DNA from: Antedon mediterranea
Taxonomy: Eukaryota > Animalia > Echinodermata
NCBI RefSeq assembly: GCF_964355755.1
Contig: NC_092672.1
Span: 6,510,001 to 6,574,000, forward strand
DNA length: 64,000 nt
Direction: 5' to 3'
The notes below the pieces were generated by a model. The model worked only from the letters and a program-made list of their open reading frames with translations. It had not been told where the DNA came from and made no database searches. Shown in pieces: positions 15,301-27,364 of the stretch (position 1 is the first letter of the stretch; each line of letters begins with the position of its first letter). A program made the translations under genes and the position numbers.

Positions 15301-16311
15301 TGGATTGGTAGTTTACTTCTAGATTGTTATCTCTGTTTCTTTTTACTAGCTTTTTGCTGTTATATGATTCTTTAATAGCATGTTCTAAATTATATATATA
15401 GGTAATATGGTAACTTTTAAAATGAGTTTATCCAGTCTTGCTGATTTTAAAAAATTATTTTGAATCATTCAGTAATTTAATTGTTTTACGTAATTTACCT
15501 TGGTTCATTTATAAACAAAACTGAAATATAACTTGCCAAAGATATAATTTTATACGTCATTGCTATCTAAATTCTTAAGCAATTTCTACACCATTTAACT
15601 AGTTTATGGTGGTGATATGCCCAAATATGGTAGTGATATGCCCAAATATGGTAGTGATGTGACATCATCATGTCCATATATGGGCACACATCACATTTTG
15701 TTTGTTACATCAAGTTTGATATAGTGTAGATACAGCTTTAGGACAGTAATGAGAACTAGGCTATTAAGTCATGTTATTTGGGTTTTAAGTTGTCATGTCA
15801 AGATATCAGTTATATACCATTTTTCGGTCATGTCAAAATTATTTTACTGCAGTTACTGCAGTGCAAAATTTGTTTCATCTTTTACCTGTTTATGCAGATA
15901 TTTAGCAAGCATTTTTTAGGGTAATCACATCACACAACAGTGTTTATTGCAATGACTGCTCTGAAAAGGTCATTCCCTAATATTATTGTAGTGTCTGAAA
16001 AGGTCATTCCCTAATATTGTAGTGTCTGAAAAGGTCATTCCCTAATATTATTGTAGTGTCTGAAAAGGTCATTCCCTAATATTATTGTAGTGTCTGACTA
16101 TAAACCCTGGAATTGTTTGTGTTTTATCTGTCCTGTATTTTTTTTTTTTGTAAAACATAAATAATTATTTATATTATTTTTTCTTGTAGAAATCATTCCA
16201 AAAGATTCATCAGCTGTCCCCTCCTGGAAGGCCGAGCTTGAGAAGCGCAAACAAGCACGACTAGAGAAAACGTACAAGTCGGTGGACAAAGTCGAAGAGG
16301 CATTATTTTAG
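3345..16311 (+). CDS. 5'-partial multi-exon gene for a disordered, charged/Pro-rich protein, KIAA1671/TNKS1BP1-like (probable actin or capping-protein regulator)
   Basis: Phase-consistent GT-AG exons: 3345-3614, 4952-5105, 5404-5570, 5813-6522, 8076-8188, 8418-8656, 9925-9978, 11125-11277, 14096-14213, 16190-16311 (ends ...VEEALF*). Exons 2-3 read LLQSELLLERVNLRKRSSGAVGRRPPTKR...SWMFADSAEP, resembling the Tankyrase_bdg_C motif (LDSxxxxxRxxL.KR..RRxP...WMFxDSTE) as I recall it. Start codon not identified. Confidence 0.7.
3433..3523 (+). repeat. Coding 21-bp tandem repeat encoding (DDTDQKK)n, about 4 copies
   Basis: GACGATACTGACCAAAAGAAA units within exon 3345-3614. Confidence 0.9.
4660..4860 (-). 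mobile_element. Degenerate SINE-like remnant (related fragments near 1985-2120 and 25090-25120)
   Basis: CTCTTT..GAATGATGTACTGGGTT...GTGTACTG...TTATCTGAGAA resembles 2030-2080 (GTGTATACTG...CCTTATCCGAGAAGACT) and the reverse of 25099-25118. Family not determined. Confidence 0.35.
5219..5371. mobile_element. Tc1/mariner/pogo-like MITE (TIR CAGTAGAAC). Other copies 16449-16674 and 38460-38607; fragments near 2770, 13670-13990, 20170, 21670-21800, 33770, 58340-58590
   Basis: CAGTAGAAC...TTCTACTG termini, often TA-flanked, with internal GGGACACC / GTGTCCCCTTAATAGAGG sub-repeats shared among copies. Confidence 0.7.
6646..6812. mobile_element. PIF/Harbinger-type MITE family A copy (TIR AGCTCTGTCTACACTATCAAAC)
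   Basis: TGTCTACACTATCAA...TTGATAGTATAGACAGAGCT inverted termini and internal CATATCACTACCATATTTGGG repeat. About 15 copies in the window; others at 13458-13622, 13753-13844, 14866-15029, 15585-15737, 19926-20073, 23833-23956, ~33890-33955, 44857-44962. Confidence 0.85.
7270..7600. repeat. About 100-bp tandem repeat, 3+ copies, built from pogo-like MITE sub-repeats
   Basis: GACGTTCCTATTCAGGGAACACCTCTGTTAAGG starts at 7270, 7371 and 7471. Confidence 0.9.
9092..9434. mobile_element. TIR element, possibly non-autonomous Kolobok-type; second copy at 48926-49145
   Basis: ATGTATTGTCCCC...GGGGACAATACATCT inverted termini. The copy at 48926 starts TTAA-AGATGTATTGCCCCC. Confidence 0.6.
11408..11753. 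mobile_element. MITE with a perfect 13-bp TIR CATACATGCCAAC (hAT-like termini)
   Basis: CATACATGCCAAC at 11408 and GTTGGCATGTATG ending at 11753. TSD unresolved. Confidence 0.7.
11787..12060. mobile_element. MITE with a 16-bp TIR TGTTAGTTTCACATCC
   Basis: Perfect inverted copy GGATGTGAAACTAACA at 12045-12060. Confidence 0.65.
12235..12417. mobile_element. Degenerate MITE (TIR approx. CWGTATTTGACC.....GCCATG)
   Basis: CTGTATTTGACCAGGTATACTGCCATG versus CATGGCCCTGTACTAGGTCAAATACTG. Confidence 0.55.
15960..16096. repeat. 34-bp tandem repeat, 4 copies
   Basis: CTGAAAAGGTCATTCCCTAATATTATTGTAGTGT at 15961, 15995, 16026 and 16060; one unit is 3 bp shorter. Confidence 0.95.
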
Positions 16312-17333
16312 ATTTCCATTACTTCCTGGTGATGGTCACAAGGCGGGTCATCGAGAAAAAAAGTTTCCCTATTAAAATAAAATCACATAATATTCAACAT
16401 CATAAAAGATGAAATTGTTTAGTTCAAAGGTTATTACTACTAAGCATACAGTAGAACCACACCCATTCAGGAGACACACCCATTCAGAAGACACACCCAT
16501 TCAGGAGACATCCCTATTCAGGGACACCTTTTTAAGGTGACACATTTCCATTAAATGGATGTACAGTAGTGTTGCAATAATTCTGTATGTTTAACACTAC
16601 AGGCAATATAGGGGATACAGTTAAGGGGATACTTTTTTGGTCTCAAAGATGTCCCCTTAATAGAGGTTCTACTGCTTTTAATACTTCAACATATATCAGG
16701 TGAAGGGTTACTTTAATAGTATAATCAGCTACTGCCAATATATAATAAATAGAAAAGGGAAGTGCTATAATTGACATGTTCTGGTCTTTCAATAGGGTGG
16801 GGAACACATGGCAAGCATTAGCCCTGGGTTTGCCAATACACGGCAAAGCCAATAGTAATTCTAAAAGTATTTTATCACAAAACTGGTGTACATAATAATA
16901 CTCTGTTGCATTTTATAATGAGAATAAAAACATTTTCAAACATTATCCCTTTGTTTGATGAATTATAATAGTAAAATAAAATAATAATTAAGATTTCTGA
17001 ATCAGAAGAGGTGGAATAGTTTGGTTCATTAAACAAAATGTATATTTGAAGAGTTTTTGATTTATATATTATAAATATTATTAATTTTTTATATGTATTC
17101 TGCACATGAAATGAGTGTAATAAATAATTCAGAGTGAAACAATATTTTTCTTTAGAATATATTTCTAAATTAATTGCCATTACAAATTGACCTTTAAAAT
17201 TAAATAAAAAAGGTAAATATAGAATCATGTGTTTGTAATGGGTTGATAGATGCAAAGCAAGTATTAATGTTATGTCTGCGGTGACGATGACAAAAGTCAT
17301 CTGATGATTGACGTCAATATGGTTGCTGTTTAA

Positions 17334-17801
17334 AGCTCTGTCTACACTATCAAACTTTATGTGACAAACAACATTTCCATATATGGACATGATGATGACA
17401 TATCACTACCATGTTTGGGCATATCACTACCATGTTTGGGCATATCACTACCATATTTGGGCACACCACATGTTTTTGTCAAACTGATGATTGACGTCAA
17501 TATGGTTGTTGTTTAAAGTTCTGTCTACACTATAAAACTAGTATATGTGACAAAATAATAAGTGATATGCTTATATATTGACACAATGACATATCACTAC
17601 CATGTTTGGGTATCACTACCATATTTGGGCACATCATTGCTTATGGCGCTGCCAAAAATATCAGAAAATGTGAGTTTTTGTAGTGACTTAAAGGTGCTCA
17701 AAAATGATGTTTGTTTAATGTTCAAAGGTAGGTGGTTCCAGAGCCTAGGTCCAACAATACCGAAAGTCCCCAACTAACTAGTTTGATAGTGTAGACAGCG
17801 C
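17334..17801. mobile_element. Compound family-A MITE (local duplication) containing an inverted L2/CR1-type LINE 3' fragment at ~17640-17772
   Basis: Two left TIRs (17334 and ~17518), each preceded by TGATGATTGACGTCAATATGGTTG. The insert translates on the minus strand as GTFGIVGPRLWNHLPLNIKQTSFLSTFK, typical of an L2/CR1 ORF2 C-terminus. Confidence 0.7.
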
Positions 17802-18194
17802 TTATGGATTGATGATTTAGAAGAAAACCCATCCTCCATTGAAAAGCCTCATTTTTGCTCGATAATCAAAAGACCTATTATGTTACCATAACTTTACTGT
17901 TCTTTATCACAATGAAAATTAACTATTACCTGTCCAGAATTTTCTTCAAAAGCGACAATTATAACAATGGGTGTAGGTGATTGACGTGACAAAAGGATTC
18001 AGATTTTGATCAATTGTAAATATGAAAGAAATGTTATATATTTCCAAAATACTTTATTATTTCCTTATGATTATTTTTCCTGTTTTGTATTCTCTTTTTT
18101 GAGTAATATATTTTATTGATTTTTCTGTTTTTAATTATTGTTGAAACTTTACAATATCATTCAATACATACTGCAGACATACACCATCCTCTAA

Positions 18195-18369
18195 AGCTCT
18201 GTCCACACTATCAGATTAGTTTGGCCAAAAAAGTGTGATGTGCCCAAATATGGTAGTGATATGCTTAAATATGGTAGTGATATGTTTAAATATGGTAGTG
18301 ATATGACATCATGTCTATATACTGCATAACATTTTTTGTCACATAAATGTTGATAGTGTAGACAGAGCT
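18195..18369. mobile_element. Family-A Harbinger-type MITE
   Basis: AGCTCTGTCCACACTATCA...TGATAGTGTAGACAGAGCT with TAA/TAG flanks and three 20-bp internal repeats. Confidence 0.85.
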
Positions 18370-20460
18370 TAGTGTATGTTTTGGTATTGAACACAATGGT
18401 GTCTAAACCCCATTGTATAATGGTAGAATAAACTAGATTACAACTTAGTATTTAGTTTTAGCCCCTGTCTACTAAAATGGGTATCTATATATTTTGTTAT
18501 TCTACATTTGACAAATGTCATGCCTTTTTAAACAAGAATATCTCATTGGATTGGACTGCCCATTACAACTTTTTGCTATATAATATATTAACCAATGCAG
18601 AATATGTGCCTCTAATTTATGCCAAAAATCTTTCAAAAAATTAAAAACCTATTCTGTAGTTTTTTCCTTTTTTTTGTTGGTATTTTTAGAATATAACTGC
18701 TACTTATATATAACAACTTATAGGCGGAAATGATGAATCGTAATGATGTCACTGAACATTTCAAAGTTAATTGTAAATTAATCTAAATTATTAGATTTTA
18801 TACCCAATACAATTATAGACAGCTGTTCACCATTTCCCTCTGTTATCTATGAATCTAAGTACTATTTTATTTAAATGAAGATTAAAAATAAATTAATATT
18901 ATTAGAAGGTTAACCAAAAATACAAATTATCTACTTAGAATGATTACAAATTCATAATATATTTTATGTTTGGTTATGCAACATTAATAAATTAATATTA
19001 TTTGTAAATGAATTATGAATAAATGTAGTAAATTATTAATACATGGAAGATTCTCATTCAATGCAATTACAATATAATTCATATTACGGTTTACTTAAAA
19101 CTATTTTAGTAAAGTATATTAAATTCATACATTACTTTAAAATAGAATTATTATTTTATTCCTAGCCAAATGGTACAAGTGAATAGTTAACCTGTGATGA
19201 GTTAATTAATACTGGGTCATCTGGTTTGAGTTGTTACTGCAGTAATTGCAGTAGAATAATTTTGTCATGATCCACTTGTTGATTTTATCATCACTGGGAC
19301 AATTTCAAAATGATTCTTTGTTGTGTTTTTATGTCAAAATGATTCTACTATAGTGTTACAGCTGTAATATACATTGTGTTTGTTTTAACTTGTTTGTTAC
19401 TGCAGAATTGCCTCATAAATATTGCAGTAAAAAATGTATTTACTGCAGTAGAATAATTTGAGATAATCCCGAACACTCCAAATGCTTTCAATTTGTTTAT
19501 CAGCTCCATTTAAAAGAGACTAAAGAACTGTTGTTAATTTTAAGAACATGTATGGTTTAGCGAAATCATGATAGCAGATGACATCAGGTTTTCAAATGGT
19601 ACATTAATGATATTAAACCTTTCTCAACCATGTAAGTAGATTATGGCTTCATAAATCTTTAATTCAAAGTTGTAACATTTTTATTTTCAACATTCCAATC
19701 AAAAAAATTAATTGTACAAAACTTTCAAGAATATACTGTCTTTCTACTGACCAAAAGAATTTTTGAATTATAGTGACACTAATAAAAAATAAATAAATAA
19801 AAGTATGTCAAATTTTAAATCAATTTGTTTATCTTTATTTCGGTGTTAATTTCTGTATGGTAGATGCAAATTGTACCCTGTGTGTGACCTCCTTCTGAAG
19901 CCAAGTTTTCTGAAAGAGTTCTTAAGTCCTGTCTACATTATCAAACTTTATGTAACAAAAAAATGTGATGTGCCAACATATATATGGGAACAATAATGTC
20001 GCATAAAACCCATACAGTATTTGGGCACGTCATACTTTTTTTGTCAAACTAGTTTGATAGTGTAGACAGAGCATTATAGGCAAAGACTTGGGCAATCCAC
20101 AGCATACCCACGCAGTAATTTCCATGAAACAATGTGAAATAGTGTTTTAACACTAAGGCCAACACCTGTTTAAGGGACACCTCTATTAAGGGGACACATT
20201 ACTATATCAATCAAAAAACGCAATCAAGATTTTATTTGGTATACAGAATCACTGTACACACTTTATTTGTACATTAGACGTTCTTATTACGGAAATGATA
20301 ATTAAAATCTAAAATGAAATTCGCTAAAATTATATTTTACTGTTGTTGTGATATAAGTACACCAAGTTATTGTTTATTTAGACATACAGTACAGGATTTA
20401 TAGTGTCAGATATTTGTAAATTGAATACATATCTATTTGTAAATTTAATTCATACATAAT

Positions 20461-23400
20461 TCAGGTTGCTATCTTCCTCTTTTTATTTTTCAGTTTCTCA
20501 TCATGTTTCTCACGTCTTTCTGTCAGCTTCCTGGCTTGTTTTGATTTTTCCTTTTTCTTTTGTACGATTCTATCATACAGCCACTTTCTCTTCTTTGGTA
20601 GCATCATTTCCCGTAGTCTCTTTTCTTCCATTTCTTGTTTCTTAGCCGCTCTGTCTTTGTCGACTGGTTGTACATGACCAGCCTCTACCGACAGTGTGCT
20701 GCTGTTCAAATCCTTCAAGACAAAATTAAAAAAGATTTTAGATATTGAATGCTGGTCTGCATGAGAGATTTAAGACAAAAATGAAATCATGAAGTATAGT
20801 CCGAGCTGATGATAAAGGTCTGAAGCAATTCTAAACTTCAGATGTTCTTAGTACAGTAGTACATATTTTCATACCTATGCAATATAATATGTGAATTTTA
20901 GTTCATTCATTTAAACCATACCTTTTTCCTTTTCTTTTGTGTTGGGTTTGTCTCTTCCTCCTCTTCAGATGGATTTTCCTCTTCTTCATCATCACTGTTG
21001 CTTTCATCATCTTCGCTCCCTTCTTCAACATCTTCCTCACCCTCACTTTCCTCAATTATTTCTTCTTCTTCCTCCTCCTCCTCATCCTCCACTTCATCCT
21101 GTTCTTCAGCTGTGTCTATAATACAATATTAAATCATAATTGTCGTATTCGAGTGGGACCGTTGAGTAGTTTTTCCAATGAGTACTCATCTAACGGACTA
21201 TTTTGAGCTATTTTTTAGATTGTTCATAACGAAAAAGCTTTCGTTCTCAACGTTTTCTATTTGAATGACATTTTGTTGAGCACAAATTTACAATTCGAAT
21301 ACAAAAAGTACTCAACGAATATTTACGTTGACAACAAAAGTTCCCAATCGAATACGACAACATTATTAAGTATACAATAATTCCATTGTACAACTGTAAC
21401 TTATTTACTCGTTAAAAAAAAAAAAAAAAAAATATCTGTTTACTACCTGGCATTATCCCTTTCTGGCGTGCCATTAGCACTCTCTTCTCTGGTGGTACGT
21501 AATCACCATCTTGTTCCTCAACAAACGGCGATAAGTGAGGAGGGAGATTGACACCAATGAAGTAATCCTCAACTGGTAATAACAACTTAGCATTTACACA
21601 ATCATACACCCATTGAGGTTGGACATAGTACCTGGAAGATAAGAAATGTACAAATGCTTGTTGACACTACTTTGGACACACCTTCTGGACCCAATAGAGT
21701 GTCCCAACCTCTGTCCACTGGACAGAGGTTGGTCATAGTTTTAAAACATATCACCATTCAATAATTTTCAAAGTAAGGTGTCCCCTTAATAGGTTCAACA
21801 TTTATTTCATAAAAATTACATTAAAAAAATAGTAAAGTACAGTAAGAGTACAAAGTATATAACAAGCTAAAATAACATTATTATGGGCCCTAATTAGGTT
21901 AGACTGAGCATGACCCATCTGAGCCAGAGTATCCCAAACCTTCTCCATATCTTGGGGGTGGGTCAAAGTTAGTCTTTCTGACTTATATGATTCTCCCCAC
22001 CACATGACTACTTCATTGTATTTATTATGTATATCCAGTTTGTTATTATTATATTGTGGAAATAAATTAAATTGAATGACCCTCTACATCTATGCAACAC
22101 AGTTATCAACCCTAATAACTATTATAAACGACCTTCCCACCCAGTAACCCTCTATATTTATATATTTTAATGTGATAACGATCAATCAACTCATGATGAC
22201 TCTGGGTTAAATAAATATTATAGTAAATACATTTGTTAATCTAAATCGTTATACAAGTCACTTGTGAGTATTTACCTTGATATATACTGTGTATCACACT
22301 GCGGCCTGTCAACTATTTGATGTGTTATACTTTCATCACTAATGTCATACGTTGCTCCTAGAAATAGACTTTTCTCCCATGACACACACCCTCCAAAACT
22401 CCTGCAAAAAAAATATAAAACACACTAATCAATTGTTACCTCCGCCAGAATGGCGAGATGTTATGTGGTCAATCATGTGTGTATGTGTTTGTTTCTATCT
22501 GTTAGTTAGCAGGATTTCTCTAAAAGTGGTTTCATAACTGTATGTGCACATGTCATTAAAATTTCATATGCATAGATGGAAGTTTGGCCTCTTTGAGTGC
22601 CCTTCTAGTTTGTTATGATTATATATTTTACTTTGTTGTTCTGTTTTGTCGTTTAGTGCTTTGGTTCTTACTGTATATAGCCTGTGATTGTAATGCTTTG
22701 CTAATTCTAAAATACTTTGATATCTGTATAGTCTGGTTGCCATTAGCTGCTCTATAGAGACTTATTCAATATCACTTTTGCTGCTTATATCACCTTGATT
22801 TCAAAGTATCTGTGCAGCATACCTTATAACAAATGCTAAACTCTCCCTTGGAACCTCTCTAGACAAGAAGAATTTACAATTCTCAAATAATTTCTTTAGG
22901 TTTCGTAATTGTTTTTCCTCCTCTCGTGCCTTTTGTACAGCCTCCATATCCAGACCCTGCAAATAGACAGTATATATATTTTTATAGTGTCATAGTACAC
23001 ATATTGCTATTTCTCTTTCCATGCAAAATCCTTTACTGATGAACTATGTTAACCAACTGCCACAAATGATCTAGGCTTTTATTAATTGGATTTTTCCTTT
23101 TTTGAATGATACCCAACTTAACTAACTTATTGGAGCTGTTTTTGTTAACATGCTTGAAATACCAGTAACTTTAACTTTGAATGTGTATGAAAAAAAAACC
23201 AAAACCTACAGATGCTTCAATAAGCTCGTCGTCCTCCTCATCATCATCCTCTATGATCGTGTTATCTATTTTCACTAAATCGTGAACCAGTGATGCGATG
23301 CGCTCATCTGTGTCGTCATGATCTAAGCACATTGCCAGTCCATTGTCCAGCTTCTTGCTCTTCTCTGTCACAGTTAACTGATAAAGAAAAACATGACATT

Positions 23401-26400
23401 TTGTTCTGCTATATGTCAAAGAGGTTTTTTAATGTGAACATGAATGTGGAGCAGAACTTACTTAATAAAACACTATGCCTCTTTAATGTATATAATTATG
23501 GTATTAATATTACATATTTACATTGTTTTATGTTTTAATTTATGCTTTGAGTGCTGGTGTGGCACGCCTTATGGCGACAGTGGTCCTTTAACTTCTTTTG
23601 TCAGTCCTTGGCACACTCAAAGTTTATGTATTGTTTTAATGTATTGCTAAAATTAATAAAATAAAATAATTAAATAAATAAAATGTTAAATTATTTTCAT
23701 TTTATAATCCTATTACACAACATCTGTTATATAACAATTATGACTTATAGTTGAGAGTGGTACATGGTATCCCCTAGCATGTAAGAGGCAATGGTTCGAG
23801 ACATGTCTGTGCCATTTTGATTGTATCCTAAAGGTCTACACTATCAAAATACTCTGACAAAACAAGTGTGATGTGCCCAAATTATGTCATCATTGTTTCC
23901 ATATGGGCATATCACATTTTTTTTAAAACATAAAGTTTAATAGTGTAGACAAAGCTTTAGACAAGATACTTTACACGCACACTATAGCAAACCGATTAGA
24001 GAAACAGAAACACATGTCTACACCACCAATCTACTATTCAATTATTATTGTATTTGCTGAAATAAAGAAAACAATTAACCTTAGGAGGGTAGTGAAGGTT
24101 CAAGGAATGGTACAGTTTGAAGTTGATGAATCCAATGAGTGTGGTAAAGAACTCCACAAACGTTGACATTATCTTTAAGTCCACATCTACTGGTTGCTGT
24201 TAAAAGAAGTACAAAGTTATGTTAGATTCTGATTATTAACTTCCAGAATAAATACTAGCCAAAATAATACTAGCCAACCTACTTTCATTCAAACCCTCAG
24301 CAAATATAGAAATGGGTAAAAAACCTATAATTTTTAAGCCAAGTCTCATTAAGGAAGTAACACGGTCATTGGCTGCGACTTGAATCAAATATTTGAAACA
24401 ATTACTGTACCTATTTCATTAGCCTATGCGCTATTTTGCTTGCCTGCTGACATAAAATATTGATGTAATGTTTGCATTTGCAAATTAACCTGGTGCATAG
24501 CATGTATTATTATTGATACGTATGTTGAATGGCTATGTAATATGTGTGTGTGTAATACCTTATAGTTGAACTGATATGGTACAATCCACGTTATTGGCTG
24601 ACCTTGAATTTCAACTTGGTAGTAGATTCCTTTGATAGATAAAAATACCTGAAACATAACAACAACAAATACTCAAAATTGAACAAAAATTCTTTTTCAC
24701 TACAAATTCCAAAAATAATGTTAAATGAAACGTTTCAATACCTTTCTTAATGACCTTGAAGCAATAACAAAGTTCATGAACTCGGACATGAGACGGCGAG
24801 AGAGACGAACACCTTCTGTGAATGAGAGCTTGGCAGATACTCTTAATGTAGCGAACAGGGAACACAGTGTCAAGGGGTCGTGTAAATCTTTGATTGCATC
24901 TGCAAATGAGGGATACCTGAAATATAAAAGGTAATTGAGGTTGCCCTTATTTATTTATTAACTATTTATTCTTCAATGTTTAGGCGCTAAACTTGATTAG
25001 TTCTTTAGCCCTTGATATATTATGTTTTACTTATTTCTCTACTATTATTAGAAAGCCAAGTGATTGCGCGGATAAGGCTGGATTGCCACAACCCCTAGTC
25101 TTCTTGGATAAGGACTTGAGGTGTAATGTACACATGGCTCGTGACTAAATACCCTGGTCCTTCTCAGCACCTGTCATTCACCGTATGTGCTGACTATACC
25201 TTTCTTTCACAATATGATCAAGTCGGTACTTCGGCTTATTCTCAAATAATCTTTCTGCTGCCTTGTCTTCTCGTTTTGCAACCGCTTTCTTCATCTTTTT
25301 AAGAAAAGTCTACAAAAGAAAAATTGCAATATTAAACAAATATTTGGATTTGTGATGCCTCTCCGGCAGGATTTATGAGTTTATTTTCACTTAGTTAATT
25401 ATTCTACTGGCTAGCAATACAACAGTTAATTGTTTGCAATACAAATCTTTTAAAGAAGCTGAATTATCACAAGGTAAACTAGTTACTTTAATCATACTCA
25501 TACTTGGATGAGTGGATACAATGCAATATTATTTATCGTTATTTATTTTATGGATGTTCTTGACTGTTCTTGAATGTTTAGATAGAAGTGGAATACACCT
25601 ATATTTACCTTATGTTCTCTGAATTTGTTGATGATTGGTTCATGAGCAATAAACTGTATATCCTTGTATCGAAAGAAAGTCTTTGGTGTTTTGCTACCTT
25701 TGTTTGCTTTCTTAACATTTTTAGGCTGTACTGGGTAAATTCCTTTCAATATACACAAACGCCTATACAATGAACAGTAAATAAAAAGTACTGGATATTA
25801 AGCTCTGTTTACACTATCAAACTTTATGTGACAAAAAATGTGATTGTGATATTCCCATATATGGACATAGTGATGTCATATCACTACCATATTTGGTTTG
25901 GGCACATCACACTTTTTTTGTCAAACTAATTTGATAGAAGTGCAGACAGAGCTTTATAAACATCAAATGTGGTGTTTGCTTTGTACATTAAAAATAAATA
26001 GGAAAACATATTGACAGTTTGTACATAAATAAATATATATTTCAATCAATCAATGTACCTGAAATCAACTAAGGTTAGTTGAAGTTTTTTGACAGCTGAT
26101 GTTCTGGATATGAAGCTTGTAGCTGCTCCGCTAGTGTACTATAAAATGAGAAAAAAAAAGGGTTCATTCTCTGCTCTGATAATTTAATAACCAATTAAAT
26201 CATCAAACAAGTGTAATTAACTAGGATTTACAATTGTAATGACAATTTAATGATGAATTCTGATATTATTAGTAATTATTAATTAAACAAAATCACTTGC
26301 ACGCTTAATATAAATAAAGTGTTGTGAAGAAACTTAGCTAGGCCTACAATATCCTAATCCTAGACTGACGCACACGCCCTCATAATCACTTCATTGGCTA

Positions 26401-26557
26401 TAGGAATCACACACAACTCTTCTTGATTGAGGCCTACAAATTAATTTTGGTTAGATTGAAATAAAAAACCATCACACGTGCAAACGATTACACAGACATA
26501 TCATTTGATTATATAATATATCAAAATTCAAATTACCTTCTTTTTTTCTTTCCCCAT
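20461..26557 (-). CDS. PES1: Pescadillo homolog (PeBoW complex, 60S biogenesis; BRCT domain, acidic/basic tail)
   Basis: Starts MGKEKKK|[12 protein letters not shown]. Further exons give [85 protein letters not shown], and the tail [16 protein letters not shown]; TGA at 20461. Confidence 0.97.
21140..21360. mobile_element. MITE in a PES1 intron (TIR TTGTCGTATTCGA.TGGGA)
   Basis: TTGTCGTATTCGAGTGGGA...TCCCAATCGAATACGACAA, with inverted CGTTGAGTA/TACTCAACG inside. Confidence 0.75.
22436..22612 (+). mobile_element. Degenerate Helentron-associated (HINE/DINE-1-like) element
   Basis: TTACCTCCGCCAG...GTTATGT start, TGTG/TGTT microsatellite, GTTAGCAGGAT, and a TGAGTGCCCTTCTAGTT end. Confidence 0.5.
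23750..23985 (+). mobile_element. tRNA-derived SINE head interrupted by a family-A MITE (23833-23956)
   Basis: A-box-like GAGTGGTA and B-box GGTTCGAGAC, then TGTATCCT | MITE | ACAAGATACTTTAC. Confidence 0.45.
25801..25953. mobile_element. Family-A Harbinger-type MITE with TTA TSD
   Basis: TTA|AGCTCTGTTTACACTATCAAAC...CAGACAGAGCT|TTA. Confidence 0.9.
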
Positions 26558-26720
26558 GGCTCAAAATTACCAATATTATATTGATAAAAATGACACGCTC
26601 TCTGGAGTCTGTCTCTTTAAATTTTCACACGTGTTTGATGTTGAAAATAGATATTTGCTATAGAGGGCGTGCTATGATTAAGGAAGTTTGTTTATTTTTT
26701 CTACAATAGGGCCTAGTTGA
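26470..26720. promoter_or_regulatory. PES1 promoter region, probably bidirectional, with two canonical E-boxes
   Basis: CACGTG at 26475-26480 (intron 1) and 26628-26633 (about 70 bp upstream of the ATG). A plus-strand spliced ORF begins just beyond. Confidence 0.55.
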
Positions 26721-27364
26721 GTGATATATATTTCCAGTTTTGGAAGAACTGCAACAAAACTGGCCTATATATTTTCTGTTTTGTATTGTAATGCTGAGAA
26801 TTAAGTTTTAATGAACTAAGCTACTTTCAGGCATTACTTTACTTGCTTCTTGTTAGGTAAAAAACAGAACCAAGCCTTGGCTTTACTCTTTTTTTTAGCC
26901 TAGCTAGGCCTATAGTTTTAGGTCATGGAGTAAGTCCCTGCTAGCTGGGGTCTAACACAGTACCTTTAATAATGTCAAATAAATAGTAAATCTATACCTT
27001 GTTGGGTTTGATAGGCTTAATTTAAAAAAAGCCTAGGTAGTAATAAAATTAAGGTTTTCAATAGTTGACCATAATCTCTGTTGTCTATCGGCAAAACAAA
27101 GAAAAAGGGGTAACATGTATAATTGATAGAAAACTCCTCCTACTTTATTCAACCGTGCCGATAGAATAAATATTAATGGTCGAGCATGAAATTGGCACTG
27201 TACCCATCAATTCCCCCCAAAAAAGAATTTCAACAAATGCATGGTAATTACATACCAGCGTTTCTTATTTATAAATGAAATTGTAAATAGCTTATACGGA
27301 TTTCAAGGAACATCACAATAACTATTGCCTATTAATTCTTTTTTCTTTTAGATATGGTAGAAGT

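Noticed and set aside
20747-20831. C/D-box-like TGATGA...CTGA with a terminal stem in the last PES1 intron
   Set aside because: It is antisense to the host gene and the boxes are only 7 nt apart, so it is not a credible snoRNA.
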